Assembly (NCBI GenBank): GCA_964016885.1
Contig: OZ024742.1
Location: 264,740,001-264,804,000 of the forward strand
DNA length: 64,000 nucleotides
Direction: 5' to 3'
DNA from: Eledone cirrhosa
Taxonomy: Eukaryota
Both the position numbers and the translations under genes were made by a program. Numbering within the stretch: position 1 is the first letter of the stretch; each line of letters begins with the position of its first letter. Positions 57,831 to 64,000 of the stretch are shown here, in pieces. Under the pieces are notes generated by a model. The model made no database searches and was not told the origin of the DNA. It saw nothing but the letters and a program-made list of their open reading frames with translations.

Positions 57831-59098
57831 TAATTATCTTATGTTGTTTATTACATAACTATATATATATATCTATATATATATATTACAAACATACATA
57901 CACACATCATCATTATTATTTAATGCCCATCTTATATGCTAGCAATATACATATATGTTTGTATATGTGCTTGTGTGTGTGTTGAGAGAGAAAGTGATAA
58001 ATGAGGAGAGAGAAGTAAAACATGAACAAATGAAACTATACATTTTCCAGTCAAGTTTCAGTTCTTTTCACCTCAGTATGTACTAAGCATAGCAGCAGTA
58101 TATGTTAAACAGATTAACAATCTCTAGAAACATTACAGTTGTAATAGAAAGTACTGAACTGATTATTTCGGAAACTTCTTTAAATAGAGATGGTTTATAT
58201 AACACCTGTTTTTGTCTAACAAATATTTTCCTATATAAGAGAAGTATATTCTATATATGTGTACTACATATCTGTACTATATACATACATACACCAAATA
58301 AATATCTGGATATATATATATATATTTATATACACACATAGTTAATTCTGTTTATTTATATACCTAATGATTGCATAATTCAGTTAATTGCATACCTTTT
58401 AAAAAGATCAAACTATTTAGCAACAAATCTAATTTAATATGCAAACGACATCGATTTCAGTTTATTGTATAAGAGGTTTCCTCAGATTTTGTTTAAAAAG
58501 TTAATGAAACATTGTATAGAATTAAAATCATATCGAATTTTATTTAATAGGATTTTAATAAAGTCATTCTAGACACTTCCGTTTTCATGATGAATTAAAA
58601 TGACAGTAGACAGTGTTTCATGTTTACAAACAACTGATGTCAGAAGAGTTATTATTACTATTTCAATGAATTAACATCTATTGAAGTTCACATTCCAGTG
58701 TAACTCTAATTTCTCTTTGTGTAGTAAAAGTGTTCAATAAAGAAATATTTGTGATATATAAAATTTATAAATAGAAAATGTTGCATTATGCTTGAATAGA
58801 AGTTCTTTTGTTGTTTATATTAGAGAATATTTGTCTATGACTGATTCCTCCTCCTTCTGTGAAACAAGGTTGTATGCCCTTTTGAGGTCCACAAAACAAA
58901 CTCTGGGTAATATGCCTACCATTTCTCAAAGACCTGCTGCAGTGTGAATATTTGGTCAGTTGTAATATATCTTAAATGAAAAACACATGTTGGTCATATT
59001 TCTACCAGTCGCCAAATTTCGTAATTTTCTCGGACATGTGAAGACTTAGGCTTTTTTTAGAAGCAGCCTTTACTCACTTTGTAACTACATTGCTGGGT

Positions 59099-59700
59099 TG
59101 TGAGAGTTTTGCTGCGATCTGGATCTATAATGAAAATTGAACTACCACCTTCCTTTAGAAGGGAGGCACATCAAGTTCTCTTCTGTTTGGTAGCTATGCA
59201 AAGGAAGCTGTATGTAGACATGTCTAAAAGGCTTGAGGATATAAATCTTCTTCAACAAAGTCCTCATCAACTTCTTCAAACACCACTTGCGAAGGAAGGT
59301 GAGGGTAGAAAAGGAGGTGTTGCATTCTAGTCTGTTTTATGAAAGATGGCTGAGATCAGAATGATTGGTGAACCTGAATAGGCTTACTCTGATAATGCTT
59401 TTCTAAACAGGAGGAAAAAAACTGGGATAAGGTATTTTCAATGCCTGTAAGGTGAAAATGTAATCTGGGGTTTTGTGTCGGGTTTTCTTTGGAATTATTC
59501 TAAAGGGCAGTCCCCACTCTATTGGGGAACTTTTGACAGTTGTATTGTGATCTGGACCATTTATTACAATTAAGCTGTTGTTATAAATACTGCCTTCCCT
59601 TTGATGATGTTCTCTTTCCTTTACTCAATGTAAACCCTATTCTGTGTTGCTTTTGTCTTTTTATTAGGCCCTTGTAGTTAATGAAAGGAATTATTATTGT
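59099..59700 (+). mobile_element. Decayed 3' fragment of the Tx1-like family
   Basis: SIMKIELPPSFRREAHQVLFCLVAM matches the ORF2 C-terminus. 3' UTR homology (ctattggggaa, cccttgtagttaat). Ends in attattatt. Confidence 0.75.
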
Positions 59701-60326
59701 TGTTGTTTGAATGAAATTGGGAGAACACTCCAGTTTATAAAATTATGGTATTTTCAAATAATTTTATGTTTTTTCATTAGTTTGTACAATGATTTTGATT
59801 TTATAATTTATTGAAGGCTGTCCTTTTATCAGACAGTACTTCAAAGGAATAAATCCTTGGTTGATATGCACTAAAACATAGATTGATAGATAAGAAATAA
59901 AACCTAAGACGATAGATAATTCTGGATTACTCAACTTTATTTTAGTTTAAAATTCTGTCTGAATAATATTTGTGTTGGATATAACTCCCATTTGAAATAT
60001 TTAACTCCATTTGCTCGCTTCCCTTCACAATTGCAAGATTAAAAGATGCAAATCTTTTAATCTTGCAACCCTTGCACAGTACCTGTTATCATTGCTAACA
60101 TTTACTGACCTTCATCTCAGCAGTTAATGTAGAATAGTTAGTCACTGGCCAGCTGAATGAGTTGATGGTTTAGCAACTAAAAGTTCTGAGAGGAGTAACT
60201 TGTGTTATCACTAGTATTTGGTTTTTCACTGGAGAGTGGAGGAGGTAGGTAATGAAAACTTGCTCTTACTTAACTTTCTAAAATCAGAGACCAAGTAGTA
60301 CAGTTTAATGGACTACTAATATTTAA

Positions 60327-60973
60327 CCCTTCTGTTAACAAACCAGCTAAAAATGACCCTGGTTCTACAATACACAACTTCGAAATTTCAAAAATAATAG
60401 CTTATGAGTGACAAAAAATATACAGCTCTGAACTAGTCTCTTCTATTAATCTTTTGATTAAAAGATTTTATCCAAAAGTAGGACCTATAAAAAGCTACAA
60501 GGTAAAATCCCAACATCTTTGTTATCATTATATTAACAGGGCGGTGAATTGGCAGTATCGGTAGAGGGTCGGACGCCATGCTTTTCAGCATAGTTACGTC
60601 CCTTTACGATCTGAGTTCAAATCCCGCCGAGGTTGACTTTGCCTTTCATCCTTACGGGGTCGATAAAATAAAGTACCAGTAATGCACTGGGTAATTACTG
60701 GCCTTGTGCCTAAAGTAGAAACAATTATATTAACATTTACTGACCACTTCACATTGTAGTAAGTTTCAAATAAAATACTATTTTCTATAAAACTGTTTGT
60801 TTTAATGTGTTAATCTATTTCATTCTTAATTTTATGTAAGAATCTATTTTTTTAAGATGTGCCACCAATTTAAAAATGACAAAGTTATTTTACAAAATTC
60901 CTCCAATTACTTGATTATTTTAAAAATTAATTGTATTTCATTGTATTTCATTTCAAATATGGTAATGAAAGGG
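60327..60973. mobile_element. piggyBac-like MITE (TTAA|CCCT...AGGG|TTAA) with a nested SINE
   Basis: ttaa at 60323-60326 and 60974-60977 flank imperfect ccctt... TIRs. Confidence 0.55.
60539..60723 (+). mobile_element. Nin/Deu-like tRNA SINE with TSD attatattaaca
   Basis: Same family as 25294-25479. The 12-bp direct repeat lies at 60527-60538 and 60724-60735. Confidence 0.85.
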
Positions 60974-61591
60974 TTAATATCCAATGACAACCAATAATAG
61001 TTTCCCCCTCACTAATCCTTGACTGCCATTAGAGCTATCACTGCTTAGATCATGAGCTCTCTCTCTCATAGTTATTACCTTTTATCTTTACATTTCAATT
61101 ATCACTAGATAATCCCCCAATCATTCATTTTTATTCAGTCCAATTCTCTTTGTTTTTACTTTGGGCTGAAATAAGCATTAAATTTTAGGTTAAGCTTGCT
61201 TCACAGATATGATTCTTGGTGTACCATGGCTAAAGGGGAAAACTTAACCATGGTTTGAATTTATGTTGAATTCAAAGAAATATATATTTCTATTTTCATC
61301 AGTAAAACTTTTGAGAAAGATGTTATTATAACAACCCATTCTAATTTGCCCCCACCCTAAAAGTTCTATAACTTCATACCTACTAATCAGTCAACTTTTA
61401 ATGATTTAGAGATCAGTAAGCTCCCAATTTCTGTCTTTTTCAAAGTAAATGAAAAGAAATTTATTATATGGGTGCAAAAATGTAACGAGGGACTGTATTT
61501 TGATGAGTATTGCTAAAAAAAAGGAAGAACATGAACCTAATAAAAAATTTAGAATACTTTCATAATACTTTCACAACAAAAAGACCAGTTA

Positions 61592-62103
61592 TTGAAATTG
61601 ACAGTTAAAGAAGCAATGAAGGGGATGAAGAATGGTAAAGCTGCAGGACCATCGGAAATAGTTGTTCAGATGCTAAAAGCATTGGGAGAGGTAGGAGTCA
61701 AAATAGTAACCTGTATAGTAAATCAAGTTATACACAATAGAGTCATACCCAATGACGGGTGTAGCAGTACAATCATAAATTGCTACAATGGTATAGGTGA
61801 TGCTCTAGAAAGGAGCAACTACAGAGGAATAAAACTAATGGATCAAGTTATGAAAGTGATGGAAAGAGTTATAGTATAACTCATTAGGGAAAGAGTCAAA
61901 ATAGATGAGATACAGTCTGGGAAAAGTACTACAGATACCTACTTCTTAGTGTGAGAACAAGAGAAATAACTAGCCAAGAATAAGCCACTATGTTTAGCTT
62001 TTGTTGATTTAGAAAAGGCCTTTGACAGAGTACCTTGATCTATTATCTGGTGGTCCTTAAGGAAATTAGGTGTAGAAGAATGGCTTGTGGGAGCATTGCA
62101 AGT
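61592..62103 (+). mobile_element. RTE fragment (family of 45856-48210)
   Basis: KNGKAAGPSEIV..GDALERSNYRGIKLMDQVMKVMERV..AFVDLEKAFDRVP. Confidence 0.85.
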
Positions 62104-63203
62104 TATGTACCAAACACAAATACTTGGGCATTTGTATAGAGACATCAGTGTAGCAAGGAGTTGACCATCGATCTCATACAACTGCAGAACCTTCCACAGA
62201 AGGTCCCAAGGAACGTGGTCATATGCTTTTACAAGGTCGACAAAACAAGAATACACCTCTTGGCAATACTCCCACAATTTCTCGAAGACTTGTTGCAGTG
62301 TGAATATTTGGTCAGCTGTGCTGCATCTGGGGCAAAACCCACATTGTTCATCAGCTAGCCTGAATTCGACAATATCACTACATCTCTTTGCCAGACAGTT
62401 AACATAGACTTTACTGGAGAGGCTTAACAAGGAGATCTCTCTGTAATTGGAACAATGTCTCTTGTCTCCCTTTTTGAATATTGGGCTCATCACTCCTGAT
62501 TGCCATTGCTTAGGTGCCTTTCCAAAGATCCAAGTTACCCAGCACACAGGAGTCAGCCAGGGAATGCTTTCTGTATTTAAGCCTTTTAATATCTCAGGTT
62601 GGATTTCATCTTCCACAATGGCCTTGCCACATTTGAGCTCTTTAACTGCTCTTGTGACCTCAGCCTTTGAGAGATTAGTCACCACTCCTAGATGCACCTC
62701 GTGTACATCAGAAGAGTTGTTGTGATCAGGTTTAGACGATCAGCAAAGTATTCTCTCCACCTCGCGAGAATCCTAGATGTCTTCTTGATAGCAGGTGTGA
62801 AGGAGGGCTTCTTCATACAGTCAGTGGATGGTCTGCCAGAACATTTTATTTACTGATCTGGTTGGATTCCAGTTTAACCCCAAAGTCCTCCCATGTCTAC
62901 TCCCATGAGCTGCTACTTCTCTGAATTGAGAGATCACAGCTTCGATACTATGAGCATGTGCTTAGAATGCCTCAGGAAAGAATCTTTGGACAGATTTTAT
63001 GGGCCAAACCAACCAGCAGCAGGAGATCCAGGGGTAGACCCCGAGCAAGATGGTTGGATAACATCCATTAGTTAGTTGGTCTCACTTGGGAATCCAGCTG
63101 GATCAGTTGGTGATGGTTGCTTCTGACAGGACCTAGTGGATGGAATGTTTGAGAACTCTGCCCCTATGACCCTCTCAGGAATAAGTGGGGGAAGAAGAAG
63201 AAA
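62104..63203. mobile_element. RTE LINE with inverted 5' part (62104-62893, minus) and forward 3' end (62895-63203, plus, GAA tail)
   Basis: Minus ORF KGDKRHCSNYREISLL..DEQCGF..CFVDLVKAYD. The plus part is homologous to 5540-5830. Confidence 0.85.
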
Positions 63204-64000
63204 ATTTCCTTATATTAAAGTAGTAACTTAATATATGATTCTTATACAAAATTATTTGAATCTAAATGAGAATCCTTTAAAATATGTGGTTTTGTTTGGT
63301 AGAACAAGAGCTGGCTTTGGTTGGGTTTGTGTGAAAAGGGTTTAATATGAACACTTCAGTATTATTGGGTGTGCTCAGGAGCTGGTTGGTATTATAAGAG
63401 GTAATTTAATCATTGTACAGACTACATGTTGATGCAGTACTATCAACATTATACTTGCACCCTTCAAAAATGAGATTTATCACATTGGTTTAACATTTCA
63501 GAATCTGGAGCTAATATGTTTCCTTGCCACCATGGTTTGAGACAGGAAGTTTTATGCAGGTTTTCTATGGCTTGGTACTATTCTTTACACAAACCCATCC
63601 CTTATTATTATTTTTTTTTAATATGTTTAATTGAATATGTTATTAATATGTTATTAATGACCATTATACTGCAGGATGTATTGTTTATGGGAGACATAAA
63701 CAATGTCACTGCTGGCTTTAGTAAATGGTGTCAATATGACATGTTGATGTGATTAGCTTACACCCATACTCACACATATACACACACCTCACACACATAG
63801 TACCCATAAAAAAAGGGAGCGTATAGAAAAAAATATTTTATTTAATATAATTTATCACAACATTCTATGTGAAGATGTTTAAATCCCCAACTTTTCCTTG
63901 ACCTTCATGGTTTTCAATCAGCCTTCTCCACCTCTTCATTCTGGTCATCACTATATTTTGTAATTTACTTACTACTACAATAACAACACAAACAAATCAA

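Overview
AT-rich animal genomic DNA that is almost entirely intergenic or intronic. The SINE types, (TA)n/(CA)n density and LINE content suggest a cephalopod such as an octopus (inference). No host protein-coding gene is securely identifiable; nearly all IY/VC-rich ORFs are microsatellite read-throughs. Contents: a near-intact L1/Tx1-clade LINE sitting in (AAT)n; several RTE LINEs (one with a PHD finger inside the RT, two with twin-priming-type 5' inversions); R4/Dong RLE fragments; a hAT MITE with an 8-bp TSD; many tRNA-derived SINEs; a 200-N gap; and several Penelope-like (PLE; RT + GIY-YIG) elements or 3' ends next to (TA)n. The main signal is RNA-level. There are about ten type-I hammerhead ribozyme (HHR) motifs. 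Five copies at four loci have a greatly extended (about 80-115 nt) stem II. One 185-bp palindrome carries an HHR on each strand. Fold-back palindromes recur at (TA)n, including a multi-kb inverted repeat that brackets a Naiad-like PLE ORF.
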